From the IMG/VR virus record IMGVR_UViG_3300025282_000024: a stretch of DNA of 64,000 nucleotides; one strand, given 5' to 3'. Numbering within the stretch: position 1 is the first letter of the stretch; every line of letters starts with the position of its first letter. A program made the translations under genes and the position numbers. This document shows, one piece after another, positions 1 to 8,312 of this stretch. The notes beneath the pieces were generated by a model. That model searched no databases, was not told the origin of the DNA, and saw only the letters and a program-made list of their open reading frames with translations. Source of the stretch: a virus.

Positions 1-6
1 ACATTA

Positions 7-354
7 TTAACATCCACTAGGGATTTTATCCCACGTCGGGTCAAAGGAGCGGCAAGGCATTGAATTCTTTACCTTTTCTTTCAGCCACTCGTGAAAACGA
101 ATAGCGGTGTCTTTATCAAAACCACCGACGCTCCAAAGAATTTTGGCAGTGGGGTGATGCCATGCGTTTGCCTTGTAATCATAAAGGGTTGCGATGTTGC
201 CATCCTCATCCTCGAAAAGCCATTCCATCGTCACCTTATCGCTTTGGCCAAGATGGTCTTTGCCAATAGCTCCCACAAGTTCGTTCGGGGTGAAAGGCCC
301 GGCCTTCGTTTGAAGCCAACCCATATTCGATGATTTATTTGACGGTTTAAACAT
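7..354 (-). CDS. hypothetical early protein
   Basis: ORF; likely start MFKPSNK after AGGA SD. Confidence 0.7.
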   Translation of the reverse strand: MFKPSNKSSNMGWLQTKAGPFTPNELVGAIGKDHLGQSDKVTMEWLFEDEDGNIATLYDYKANAWHHPTAKILWSVGGFDKDTAIRFHEWLKEKVKNSMPCRSFDPTWDKIPSGC

Positions 355-361
355 TTTTTTC

Positions 362-583
362 CTATTGAGCAAAAGCAACGAGTCTATCGGTGCGGTAGTA
401 AGCAATGCATCTGTCGCTATTCCATCCGGTGCGACCATAAATTTGACCATCATACTCAATCGCATGTGGGGTTCGAATAAAATCGATGTAATCGGCAACG
501 TCAACCATCACCACCTTCACCCCATCGGGCAAGGTTTCTGTGGATCTGACGGTAACGGCGTTTTGAAGTGATTTTGCTTGCAT
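362..583 (-). CDS. hypothetical early protein
   Basis: ORF directly downstream of promoter at 610-638. Confidence 0.75.
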   Translation of the reverse strand: MQAKSLQNAVTVRSTETLPDGVKVVMVDVADYIDFIRTPHAIEYDGQIYGRTGWNSDRCIAYYRTDRLVAFAQ

Positions 584-609
584 CTTGTCTTCCCTGACTG
601 TCTATAAGT

Positions 610-638
610 ATTATCTCATAGAATTCGACTTTTGTCAA
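610..638 (-). promoter_or_regulatory. sigma70-type early promoter
   Basis: TTGACA-N17-GATAAT (TGAGATAAT), A-rich UP tract upstream. Confidence 0.85.
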
Positions 639-653
639 CAGTTATTTTTCTAT

Positions 654-1094
654 TTATTCACTTTTTTTGCATTCGTCAAAACATGTCTGCGAAACGAGCG
701 TAGGATAACCCATACCATCCGGCGCATAATGATTGTCCACGGAACCCAAGACACCACAGGCATCGCAAACGCCAACACCCGTAAGAGCAGGCTTGTCCTC
801 TTCCATGGAGAGGGCGAAACGCTCAGCCTTGAGCTTAGACGCTGCCTCGCGAGCATCATTCACTGAAGCCAACTCATAAGTACCTTCTTCGACCACAACA
901 CCCATCGCAGGCATGCCTTTGGCGAGGGCTTTAGCAAGGTCGAAAGCAAGACGCATGGAGGGCGAAACCTCGCGACCATCTTGCAAGACTACGCGAGCTT
1001 CTTTCATCCATGAGCGCGCTGCGACAAAGCGGCGGCCCGAACGAGCTTCAGCAACCACGGAAGCGGAAGGAGCGGGGAAGGACGAAACGTTCAT
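654..1094 (-). CDS. hypothetical early protein with C-terminal Cys motif
   Basis: ORF, GAGG SD, CDAC and CFDEC motifs. Confidence 0.7.
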   Translation of the reverse strand: MNVSSFPAPSASVVAEARSGRRFVAARSWMKEARVVLQDGREVSPSMRLAFDLAKALAKGMPAMGVVVEEGTYELASVNDAREAASKLKAERFALSMEEDKPALTGVGVCDACGVLGSVDNHYAPDGMGYPTLVSQTCFDECKKSE

Positions 1095-1121
1095 GATAAC
1101 CTCTCAATTGATTATGAAAAC

Positions 1122-1150
1122 ATTATAGCAGGAAATACATGGATTGTCAA
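1122..1150 (-). promoter_or_regulatory. sigma70-type early promoter
   Basis: TTGACA-N17-TATAAT with TG extension and A-tract. Confidence 0.85.
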
Positions 1151-1291
1151 CTATTTTTTTTGTTTTTTGTTATTTTTTTCAAATCGACTGAGAATATGGT
1201 AGAGGACAAACAAGCCTGCCCAGAGCAAAAGCACTACCACCACAAAATCATCGTTTTCAAGATGCCATTTCATTTTTTCCCCACCGAGAGT

Positions 1292-1492
1292 TTATGTTGT
1301 GCTATATTCTTCACGACCGTCCACTGTGCGGATATTTTCGAGCCCACAAGCGCTAAGAAACCGCCTCTTATCGAAGCGACTGTTAACCTTAGAAAGTGCC
1401 TGAGCAAAATCTAATGCCATGGCTTGTGCAGTGTGCGTCTCAATATGAAATTTGAGTACATCTGCGATGAGTTGAAAGTCTTTTCTAGTCAT
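1292..1492 (-). CDS. hypothetical phage protein (MTRKDF...RFDKRRFLSACG type)
   Basis: ORF with AGGAG SD. Confidence 0.75.
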   Translation of the reverse strand: MTRKDFQLIADVLKFHIETHTAQAMALDFAQALSKVNSRFDKRRFLSACGLENIRTVDGREEYSTT

Positions 1493-1585
1493 TAATTTCT
1501 CCTATTTTTGAGTCTTGTAACATAATTTATTTAGCATCAAACAAAAAATTTTCCGATTCGTGTTTTTCTCCGTCTTTGGGCGTGT

Positions 1586-1804
1586 TCACACAAACTTGAG
1601 ATAGGAGCGCGGGATTTTCGTTTGTTGGCGAGTACCTTTTTTGCCAATAAACATCACCGTATAATATTTCACTAATGCAGTGTAATCATATATTGACGGT
1701 TTTTCAACAATTTCAGTTATAACGCCTACCATATCGCGAAATTTCTTACACCAAAGTGTCTCATGACCTTTCTGAGATAATTTTACAAGGTCACCGACTT
1801 TCAT
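1586..1804 (-). CDS. small KOW/SH3-like 'MKVGDLV' family protein
   Basis: N-terminus MKVGDLVKL, then G-V-I-T strand. Confidence 0.75.
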   Translation of the reverse strand: MKVGDLVKLSQKGHETLWCKKFRDMVGVITEIVEKPSIYDYTALVKYYTVMFIGKKGTRQQTKIPRSYLKFV

Positions 1805-1950
1805 TACTTGCCTTTCCTTCTAGGATCCTTTTTAAGCTGTTTCTCGCGATGGCGTTGATCCAATTTATTAATAAGATAAAGCGACACAAATGAGATAGAC
1901 AAACATAAAACAAATATTCCTGCTGCCTCCCAATAAATTGAGGCATCCAT
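1804..1950 (-). CDS. small single-TM membrane protein (48 aa)
   Basis: manual translation MDASIYWEAAGIFVLCLSISFVSLYLINK...; below ORF-track cutoff; abuts neighbours. Confidence 0.6.
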   Translation of the reverse strand: MDASIYWEAAGIFVLCLSISFVSLYLINKLDQRHREKQLKKDPRRKGK

Positions 1951-2265
1951 TTATTGTTCCCCCGCAGGAGGCTCCAGCACCACGACCCCAGGAGGCAATT
2001 CGCCTGAAACTACACCTCCATGTTTAGCGCAGACCAAAGCTACTCTTTGAGCGGGCACATATCCATAAACGGTTTCAGTGGGTCGTTCTTTATCCTCGGC
2101 CCAATTCTGAAGCAGGGGTTCAAATCGATTTGGAAAACCAACTTCGACATGGGTATAATGCCCTGTGTCAGCGTTAAACATTGAATTTGCCAATGTATGC
2201 GCCTGCACACTCATCTCAAAACCGTCAGCACACACAACCGGCTTATTTATCTTTGTCTTAATCAA
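1951..2265 (-). CDS. conserved hypothetical phage protein
   Basis: ORF with CADGFEMSVQA and TVYGYVP motifs. Confidence 0.7.
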   Translation of the reverse strand: MIKTKINKPVVCADGFEMSVQAHTLANSMFNADTGHYTHVEVGFPNRFEPLLQNWAEDKERPTETVYGYVPAQRVALVCAKHGGVVSGELPPGVVVLEPPAGEQ

Positions 2266-2630
2266 AATACTAATTCCCTCCTAAAATTAATATCACAGGC
2301 ACAGAGTTCACCCATTTCCTCAATGTCGTCGTTCTCTTCTCCCAGGCGCACAAAGCGGTAATGATCATAAGAATTTTCTAACTCCTCGAAATCATCCGCC
2401 TCACACTCGGCAAGAAACTCCTCAATGGCTTGAATTTCAGGATAACTCGTGTACCATTTTATGCCACTCCAATAGACAAAGAATGTTTTTTCTCCATCGT
2501 AGTCTTGATCCATCGTCTCGTGATCTTTGAAAACTAGTGCTTGCGCCTCTGGGCATTTTGCAAACACTGTCAAAAAACGAGGCATTAAATCTTTGCTGAT
2601 TGCTAATGCAACCTCAGAGCGATAACCCAT
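2262..2630 (-). CDS. hypothetical phage protein
   Basis: start MGYRSEV after GGAGG SD. Confidence 0.75.
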   Translation of the reverse strand: MGYRSEVALAISKDLMPRFLTVFAKCPEAQALVFKDHETMDQDYDGEKTFFVYWSGIKWYTSYPEIQAIEEFLAECEADDFEELENSYDHYRFVRLGEENDDIEEMGELCACDINFRRELVF

Positions 2631-2803
2631 TAATTTCCTCCAGGTGCGACACAATATCCCTGTTTAATCAGAGAATTAGCGACTCGTCCGTAGTGACCTT
2701 GCAATTGCCAGGCCAACCCACTGTTAATAAGCCCTTGAAATAGTTTGACTATCTCGCCCTCTTCCATCTCGCCCTGTTCGTATCGCACGATGTCTTCAAC
2801 CAT
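2630..2803 (-). CDS. small hypothetical protein (57 aa)
   Basis: manual translation MVEDIVRYEQGE...LFQGLINSGLAWQLQGHYGR; GGAG SD. Confidence 0.7.
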   Translation of the reverse strand: MVEDIVRYEQGEMEEGEIVKLFQGLINSGLAWQLQGHYGRVANSLIKQGYCVAPGGN

Positions 2804-2834
2804 TAAAAATTCTCCCGAATTAATTTATGCCCCT

Positions 2835-2863
2835 ATAATACCATGATATCAGGTAAGTGTCAA
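2835..2863 (-). promoter_or_regulatory. sigma70-type early promoter
   Basis: TTGACA-N17-TATTAT with TG extension. Confidence 0.75.
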
Positions 2864-2865
2864 GA

Positions 2866-3087
2866 CTAATCTTGCGAAAAAGGTGAAAAAAGTGATCTTT
2901 TTTGAAGGTTTTGGATGACTTGTTCCGTTCGATTATAATCAACCTGAAGGAAATGCATCTCGTTATCGAATCGCGAAAAGTTCTCTTTCTGCCACTCCTT
3001 CATTGACATTCGTCGCGACTCTTGCGCCTCGTTAACCGCTTCCAAAAGAATTTCAAGCTCAGTATCTGTCACGAGTATGTGCTTCAC
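2866..3087 (-). CDS. hypothetical protein
   Basis: ORF coupled to upstream gene. Confidence 0.6.
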   Translation of the reverse strand: MKHILVTDTELEILLEAVNEAQESRRMSMKEWQKENFSRFDNEMHFLQVDYNRTEQVIQNLQKRSLFSPFSQD

Positions 3088-3437
3088 TATTTAAGCTCCT
3101 CTAGGGTGCCGTTAACGTACATGTAGAGGCCCTCAGACCCCACTTCGACATCCAAAGGGATGGTCACCTCAACTCGCTTCTCGCGCTTCCCTGGACGTCC
3201 TCTTCCAGCCCTTATCAAAACGGTGCCGGATGGGTCCATTTCAATCATGCTCACCTTCTTTGTAAAGTGTTTTCGGGGCCTCCCTCGCCGGTTCTTTTGT
3301 GGGGTGCTAGTTATCCTCGTTGGCGAATTCTCGCACATAAATCTGTCAATGATTCCATGCACTTTGTCTGCGTCGCTCTCGGATAAGAGTTCGTCATCCA
3401 AATCTAACATGATATTATCATATGCCGGGTCATCCAT
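3087..3437 (-). CDS. AT-hook-containing protein
   Basis: RRGRPRK and GRGRPGK motifs; AAGGAG SD. Confidence 0.6.
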   Translation of the reverse strand: MDDPAYDNIMLDLDDELLSESDADKVHGIIDRFMCENSPTRITSTPQKNRRGRPRKHFTKKVSMIEMDPSGTVLIRAGRGRPGKREKRVEVTIPLDVEVGSEGLYMYVNGTLEELK

Positions 3438-3448
3438 GAATTTCTCCT

Positions 3449-3955
3449 TTATTTCTGCTTACTTGCGTGAATGAGTACCTTGTCCGAGTGCCAACGAATT
3501 TGGCCAGGACGGCACACAATAGTTTTAATTGCACCGTTCACAAAGACAGTTAACTGGTTGCGCTCGACAGAAGTCACGATAGCGTGTTTCTTATCAACCG
3601 TGATGAGCGAGCCAACGGGCGGGATCCCATCTTCTGTGACGATTCCGGGGTTTTGCACGCGAAGAAAGGGTCTTTTCTGCCCCTCTACATACAAGACCCC
3701 ATTTTTTTCGGTCAGGACCATTTTTGACTTCTTGGGTTTTGCAGTCAACGAAGCAAACTGTGTGCCTTCAACATGCCATTCTGAGCCCTTCTTGGTCGCT
3801 TTGTCTACCCTAAAGACGATTGTGCGGTACTTGGGATAACTTCGATAGGTCTGAAGCTCTCCACTCGCATTCATCGACGCTTCTTCGCGTGCCTTTGTTT
3901 TGCCTCGACCAAAGCCGAAGCACCATTTTTTCATGAGATAATCGTTTTCTTTCAT
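3449..3955 (-). CDS. hypothetical protein
   Basis: 168-aa ORF with AAGGA SD. Confidence 0.75.
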   Translation of the reverse strand: MKENDYLMKKWCFGFGRGKTKAREEASMNASGELQTYRSYPKYRTIVFRVDKATKKGSEWHVEGTQFASLTAKPKKSKMVLTEKNGVLYVEGQKRPFLRVQNPGIVTEDGIPPVGSLITVDKKHAIVTSVERNQLTVFVNGAIKTIVCRPGQIRWHSDKVLIHASKQK

Positions 3956-3967
3956 CTTAAAAATCCT

Positions 3968-4159
3968 TTATCCGGTAAAGCCAGCGTCGATCGCATCGAC
4001 GTCAACCTCGCAATGAACTTCGCCTTTTCGCAAGGCTTGATTGTTGGCCTCTTCCGAGCCCATTTTGTCAACGCTGTCCATCGCGCTGTCCCAAGAATCC
4101 GCTTTGACCTCGACGATCGCGGTGCGTGTTAGAAACACAGGAACGTAAAACGTTTTCAT
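3968..4159 (-). CDS. hypothetical protein
   Basis: likely start MKTFYV after GGAGG SD. Confidence 0.65.
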   Translation of the reverse strand: MKTFYVPVFLTRTAIVEVKADSWDSAMDSVDKMGSEEANNQALRKGEVHCEVDVDAIDAGFTG

Positions 4160-4160
4160 T

Positions 4161-4307
4161 TTAGCAACCCTCCGTCTCAAAGGTTTCAATCGCAGCCTCT
4201 CGAAGCAGGCTCGTCGATTCATCGTCATAACATGCCGTCCCCCAACTTTCAAGGTAGGTAACGAGTTGGTCGCGTGATGCGCTTTTAACATCTTCCAAAG
4301 AATTCAT
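4161..4307 (-). CDS. small hypothetical protein (48 aa)
   Basis: manual translation MNSLEDVKSASRDQLVTYLESWG...; AAGGAG SD. Confidence 0.6.
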   Translation of the reverse strand: MNSLEDVKSASRDQLVTYLESWGTACYDDESTSLLREAAIETFETEGC

Positions 4308-4342
4308 CGTGTTGGCTCCTTCTGCCATTTGTTTATGAATAC

Positions 4343-4371
4343 ATTATCTCATATTAAACCACAATTGTCAA
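4343..4371 (-). promoter_or_regulatory. sigma70-type early promoter
   Basis: TTGACA-N17-GATAAT (TGAGATAAT). Confidence 0.85.
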
Positions 4372-4529
4372 GATGTTTTTTTCTTTTTTTCAGCTTTTTT
4401 CTTCTTTTTCCTTCCCCATGCGCTAAATTGAACATAAGCAGGATCAGGCGCAACGCCTTTCGGCAGCATTGTAACACCCTTTTTCTTAATAAATTCATCC
4501 ATTAAACGTAATTCTTCTTCTCTTGTCAT
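4368..4529 (-). CDS. small protein with Lys-rich tail (53 aa)
   Basis: manual translation MTREEELRLMDEFIKKKGVT...WGRKKKKKAEKKKKTS; AGGAGG SD. Confidence 0.6.
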   Translation of the reverse strand: MTREEELRLMDEFIKKKGVTMLPKGVAPDPAYVQFSAWGRKKKKKAEKKKKTS

Positions 4530-4543
4530 TATTTTCGGGCCTC

Positions 4544-4780
4544 CTATGCCTCTTTAATTTCATTGGGTACTTCTTTTTTCATGCTCTCTCGAAGATCTTC
4601 TGACCAGTCGAAAGAGTCCTTAAAATCGTCCCAGTGTTCTTCAAAACAACCGAGTCCGTCGCGATAGTCATCCACAAATTCGGTGATTACATATGCTTCC
4701 AAATCCTCGCGGCTCCAACCACTGAGAATTTTGGATGCTAGTTCATATCTGTTACTATCATTATTTTCAGGATGTACCAT
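4544..4780 (-). CDS. acidic hypothetical protein
   Basis: ORF. Confidence 0.7.
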   Translation of the reverse strand: MVHPENNDSNRYELASKILSGWSREDLEAYVITEFVDDYRDGLGCFEEHWDDFKDSFDWSEDLRESMKKEVPNEIKEA

Positions 4781-4895
4781 ATTATCCCACCGTCACAATA
4801 GAGGCAGTGAACATACCAACCAAAACCGACATTACTACTGAAAGAACCATTTTTTCTCCGGTGCCCATGGGGCATTTGTTGTTTTCAATATAGGT

Positions 4896-4924
4896 ATTAT
4901 CTCACATATATGCCCAGTTGTCAA
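4896..4924 (-). promoter_or_regulatory. sigma70-type early promoter
   Basis: TTGACA-N17-GATAAT (TGAGATAAT). Confidence 0.85.
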
Positions 4925-5160
4925 GAGTTTTTTCCTCTTTTTTTTAGGGCAGAGGATGATACACCATCACTTATAACCTCCAAACAGAACTCAGCATGGC
5001 GAGCCCTATATCCGTTGGTACATTGAACGCGATAAGCCTGATGCTTCCAAGAACTTTCGCATGGATCGAAGGGTAATTTCTCGATGATGAGCCCTACCGT
5101 ACCATCTGGAGCGTGGCGGGATCCGTATTTTATTATCTTTACCAAGTCACCGACTTGCAC
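4921..5160 (-). CDS. KOW/SH3-like 'MKVGDLV' family protein
   Basis: MQVGDLVK...GLIIE; GTG start in 14-nt overlap. Confidence 0.75.
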   Translation of the reverse strand: MQVGDLVKIIKYGSRHAPDGTVGLIIEKLPFDPCESSWKHQAYRVQCTNGYRARHAEFCLEVISDGVSSSALKKRGKNS

Positions 5161-5332
5161 TTATAACCTCGCACTCTTCCTGAATATATTTCTTTTCAAA
5201 AGAGCATAATTCGCCCCAAGCAGAGCAAAAAACCTTATAGGGCTTCTTCCTTCTCAAGTCTCCAACTTCCACGATGATACCGTAGGCATCTTGAGGAAAT
5301 TCTTTTTCTCTTATTAAATCACCGACTTTCAT
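5147..5332 (-). CDS. KOW/SH3-like 'MKVGDLV' family protein
   Basis: MKVGDLI...GIIVE...EVISASR. Confidence 0.75.
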   Translation of the reverse strand: MKVGDLIREKEFPQDAYGIIVEVGDLRRKKPYKVFCSAWGELCSFEKKYIQEECEVISASR

Positions 5333-5624
5333 TTACTTCTTCCAACACAATTTTATCTTTGAAGGCCCCTCGTTTTCTTTCTTTTTCGAGGGCCACAAAT
5401 TTAATGTAATCAAGATCAAGCTGGTGTAGTTCGCAAATAGCTCGGAAGACCTCCCACATATCGGCAGCTTCTTCGTAACATGGAGTGCTGATAAATTCAG
5501 CTAGTTCCTCGCCCATTTTTGTATACAGGCGTAATTTATATTCGTCGCAATCAGCAACGTGATATTTACAAGATTTACCACTATCTTTAATAATCTTTGG
5601 GATGTTGTCTCTAACCAGCTTCAC
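5319..5624 (-). CDS. MazG-like nucleoside triphosphate pyrophosphohydrolase (all-alpha NTP-PPase family)
   Basis: KLVRDNIP, EELAEF, EEAAD, KRGAF motifs; GTG start after GGAGGT SD. Confidence 0.8.
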   Translation of the reverse strand: MKLVRDNIPKIIKDSGKSCKYHVADCDEYKLRLYTKMGEELAEFISTPCYEEAADMWEVFRAICELHQLDLDYIKFVALEKERKRGAFKDKIVLEEVNESR

Positions 5625-5793
5625 TGATAACCTCCAAGAGAGTTCTTGAGCAGCTTTGAATCTCACCGCTTCGCAATCCCTCCCTATCAAGAATTATAAA
5701 CCTTGGATATCTGTATCCGTTAGACTCTTTCATCTCAATCACTATTGCAATCCAGTTGTAGTCAATCCGTTTCACGAGGTCACCGGCTTTCAT
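5611..5793 (-). CDS. KOW/SH3-like 'MKVGDLV' family protein
   Basis: MKAGDLVK...LEVISEAG. Confidence 0.75.
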   Translation of the reverse strand: MKAGDLVKRIDYNWIAIVIEMKESNGYRYPRFIILDREGLRSGEIQSCSRTLLEVISEAG

Positions 5794-5977
5794 TCAAAAC
5801 CTCAAAATCTCGTGGGCTTTCCCAGGTCATTGTTTTGCCAATGTGCGCTGGCTTTGCTGGCCAACTGATTTTGTAACGGTGAACGCCGAGCGCGACGCGT
5901 TCTACCGTGTGTATTAAACCTGTGCCCTCATAAGTGCTGGCATGGGGTTTATAAATTACTAAATCACCGACTTTCAT
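5780..5977 (-). CDS. KOW/SH3-like 'MKVGDLV' family protein
   Basis: MKVGDLV...FEVLNESR. Confidence 0.75.
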   Translation of the reverse strand: MKVGDLVIYKPHASTYEGTGLIHTVERVALGVHRYKISWPAKPAHIGKTMTWESPRDFEVLNESR

Positions 5978-6137
5978 TTATCACCTTCAAACATACGCTA
6001 ACTTCTGCCGTGGGAGTGCGCCTGGTTGTCCAAAGCACCGAAACTCCAGCGGAGTAGCTGGGCGTATCGACTTCTGTCACCACACCCAGGCCCAACGAAG
6101 TAGCGTTAATGTGTTTTACTAAATCACCGACTTTCAT
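5964..6137 (-). CDS. KOW/SH3-like 'MKVGDLV' family protein (57 aa)
   Basis: manual translation MKVGDLVKHINATSLGLGVVTEV...LKVINESR. Confidence 0.75.
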   Translation of the reverse strand: MKVGDLVKHINATSLGLGVVTEVDTPSYSAGVSVLWTTRRTPTAEVSVCLKVINESR

Positions 6138-6141
6138 TAGT

Positions 6142-6303
6142 TTAAACTACCTTTACATTCGACGGGCGGATACTGTGAGTGCGCTGCCCGGTCGTTAGAC
6201 ACAGAATATTCAATCTCGGTCCTCCATGTTCGTTGCGGTAGATTTTCATAATCTGATAAAATCCTCCATGCATCCGAACCGTAATTAAATCACCGACTTT
6301 CAT
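6142..6303 (-). CDS. KOW/SH3-like 'MKVGDLV' family protein (53 aa)
   Basis: manual translation MKVGDLITVRMHGGFYQIMKI...NVKVV. Confidence 0.7.
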   Translation of the reverse strand: MKVGDLITVRMHGGFYQIMKIYRNEHGGPRLNILCLTTGQRTHSIRPSNVKVV

Positions 6304-6920
6304 TGGTCTGAAAACCTCCATGGTCGCGACTGTCCCTTCGGGAGATAGTCCTCTTCCTTATAATCATTTCCATTTTTCCACCTTATCGGTAGCGCTGTCT
6401 CCACCAATTCGGGGGCGATAGGGGACAGAACCATTATTGAATTATAGACCTTATTGTCGAGCCTCTCAATATCAATTTCACGATATCCGGTGGTTTTTCC
6501 CGCAACGGTTTTCACTGAAAGTTTTACCTGGCTTGCCTTATCAGTCTCAGACCATAATACATCTTCAACAAGACCATATACAGGTTGGCTATCCCAATAA
6601 CCTTTATGAAGACAAACGAGGGAGCCGATGCCAATACCTCGTTCAATGAGAATTTTGCCAATGTTGGCACGCTGATTTTGGAGACGCTCTTTCAAAGTTA
6701 TCTTATCAGCTTTCAGGACCGGGCAAGTTCGACGAGTGTGTTGTGGTTCTTTACAATAAGAACACTTACGATTTTGAATTTTACTTTTTCGCGCTGTCTC
6801 TTGGTGTGCATCATAGCTATCAGGATTTTCCTTTATCCATGTTTTACGTTCTTCGCAGCCTCCCTTATTGTGCCCTCTTTTGCCGCACCAGGAACAATGT
6901 ACTGACCCGTGATAACTCAA
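6300..6920 (-). CDS. double CCHC zinc-knuckle protein
   Basis: CSWCGKRGHNKGGC and CSYCKEPQHTRRTC (CX2CX4HX4C). Confidence 0.8.
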   Translation of the reverse strand: MSYHGSVHCSWCGKRGHNKGGCEERKTWIKENPDSYDAHQETARKSKIQNRKCSYCKEPQHTRRTCPVLKADKITLKERLQNQRANIGKILIERGIGIGSLVCLHKGYWDSQPVYGLVEDVLWSETDKASQVKLSVKTVAGKTTGYREIDIERLDNKVYNSIMVLSPIAPELVETALPIRWKNGNDYKEEDYLPKGQSRPWRFSDQ

Positions 6921-6955
6921 AATTGTTTCTCCCTTCTCTGATTGTTTCTAAGACT

Positions 6956-6984
6956 ATTATCTCATACAAAAGACAAATTGTCAA
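6956..6984 (-). promoter_or_regulatory. sigma70-type early promoter
   Basis: TTGACA-N17-GATAAT (TGAGATAAT). Confidence 0.85.
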
Positions 6985-6999
6985 GATGTTTTTTCTTTT

Positions 7000-8229
7000 T
7001 TATTCTTCACAATCAATCGCTAGGGTGCGCTCATTTGTTTTGAAGTAGGGGCGATTAGCATAGTAGGCAGTGGTCATCCACATTCTCTGGCACTTGCTGG
7101 CCTTTGGTTTGGGAGCTAACATATCTGTAAGGATAATATGACCATCGAAGCCATGCTTATTGACGTATTCCGTGGGAGCGTCAAAGTTAGTACCACCGCA
7201 CAAAACACGCTCCCACTTTTTATTCTCACCCTTCTTCCAGACATAAACCTTTTCTTCAAAGACTTTATCATCGAAAGGAATAACAGTAAACTCCGCCAAC
7301 TTAGCTAACTTGTTGAGTTCACTAAAGAAAGCGGCCAACATTTTATCACTGACAGAGCCGCTTTGGTCAATACTAATCGCGATGTTCGCTCGTCGAGTGA
7401 CCTTTTTACCTGCGTGGATGTAAGCGTAACGCTTGTTCAATCGTTTCACGGTGCTGCGTTTGGAAGCGCGGCGCGAAGTCTTGACAAAGTAACGAAGAAC
7501 CTTTTTCCAGTCAACCTTCGTCGTCATGCGTGCCATAATCTCACGCTGCATGGCACTGGTAACCGTACCCCATCCTCCAGCCTTCTGAGCCTCGGTGGCG
7601 GCATCTTTCAAGTATTCCTTCACACGCTCTTTTGCAATCTCGGTCGATGTTGGATCGCCTTCGCCCCACCCATCATGACTATCAAAAGAATCCTCCGGCA
7701 ATCCCTCGGAGCTTTCTCCAGAGTCTTCGTCGCCCTTTTCGCCTTCTTGGCTTGATTGCTCTTTATTCTCTTCCTCTTGCTTTTGCAGAAGATTCAAATA
7801 TGCTTCCGCTGACAAAGAGCGCTCAAAGTCAACAAACGGTCCTTCCCCTGGCTTGCAAGCCATCTCTGGAAGATTTTGAATGTGTGAATTGATTGCCAAG
7901 TCGCACGCGATGTTCCATTGGCGAGCCTCTTTGGGCTTCACATCCTGCCCTGTCCAGGGCTTGCGATCCGTCACATGCTGAAAAATGAGATGATAGAACT
8001 CGTGAATGAGAACGGCAGTGCGCTCGGCATCTGTCAGCTTCTCGAAGAATTCTGGATTGTAGAGCATCTCAAATCGAGCAGTTTCAGGATTAACGCGGAC
8101 TCCCGCAGTGGGAATGGCATTACTCGCAGCCTTCGTCACGCGACGGCTGAGAGAGGCGAAAAACGGCTCCTGCATCAAAAGTCGAGCAGTGTGCATGTTC
8201 AGGTCAAACGTTTGTTTTGTCTCATTCAT
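7000..8229 (-). CDS. DUF2201-type metallopeptidase-like + VWA domain protein
   Basis: HEFYH zinc motif, WNIACDLAIN, MIDAS DQSGS, GGTNF, ILTD. Confidence 0.85.
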   Translation of the reverse strand: MNETKQTFDLNMHTARLLMQEPFFASLSRRVTKAASNAIPTAGVRVNPETARFEMLYNPEFFEKLTDAERTAVLIHEFYHLIFQHVTDRKPWTGQDVKPKEARQWNIACDLAINSHIQNLPEMACKPGEGPFVDFERSLSAEAYLNLLQKQEEENKEQSSQEGEKGDEDSGESSEGLPEDSFDSHDGWGEGDPTSTEIAKERVKEYLKDAATEAQKAGGWGTVTSAMQREIMARMTTKVDWKKVLRYFVKTSRRASKRSTVKRLNKRYAYIHAGKKVTRRANIAISIDQSGSVSDKMLAAFFSELNKLAKLAEFTVIPFDDKVFEEKVYVWKKGENKKWERVLCGGTNFDAPTEYVNKHGFDGHIILTDMLAPKPKASKCQRMWMTTAYYANRPYFKTNERTLAIDCEE

Positions 8230-8235
8230 AAGGAT

Positions 8236-8264
8236 ATTATCTCACAGATATTGCAAAATGTCAA
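8236..8264 (-). promoter_or_regulatory. sigma70-type early promoter (leaderless transcript)
   Basis: TTGACA-N17-GATAAT; ATG follows the -10 after a 6-nt gap. Confidence 0.85.
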
Positions 8265-8310
8265 GAAAAAAATGAAGCTCCCCACCATTTTTTTGGTGGG
8301 GAGCTTTTTT
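8265..8310 (-). terminator. intrinsic terminator (possibly bidirectional)
   Basis: AAGCTCCCCACCA/TGGTGGGGAGCTT stem with T-tracts on both strands. Confidence 0.75.
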
Positions 8311-8312
8311 CT

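Noticed and set aside
4368-4529. Suspected frameshift in the small Lys-tail ORF
   Set aside because: Recounting the A-run shows a continuous 53-aa frame.
4921-6303. Regularly spaced junction repeats as a CRISPR array
   Set aside because: The repeats are degenerate and protein-coding, spacing is about 160-300 nt, and no cas genes are present.
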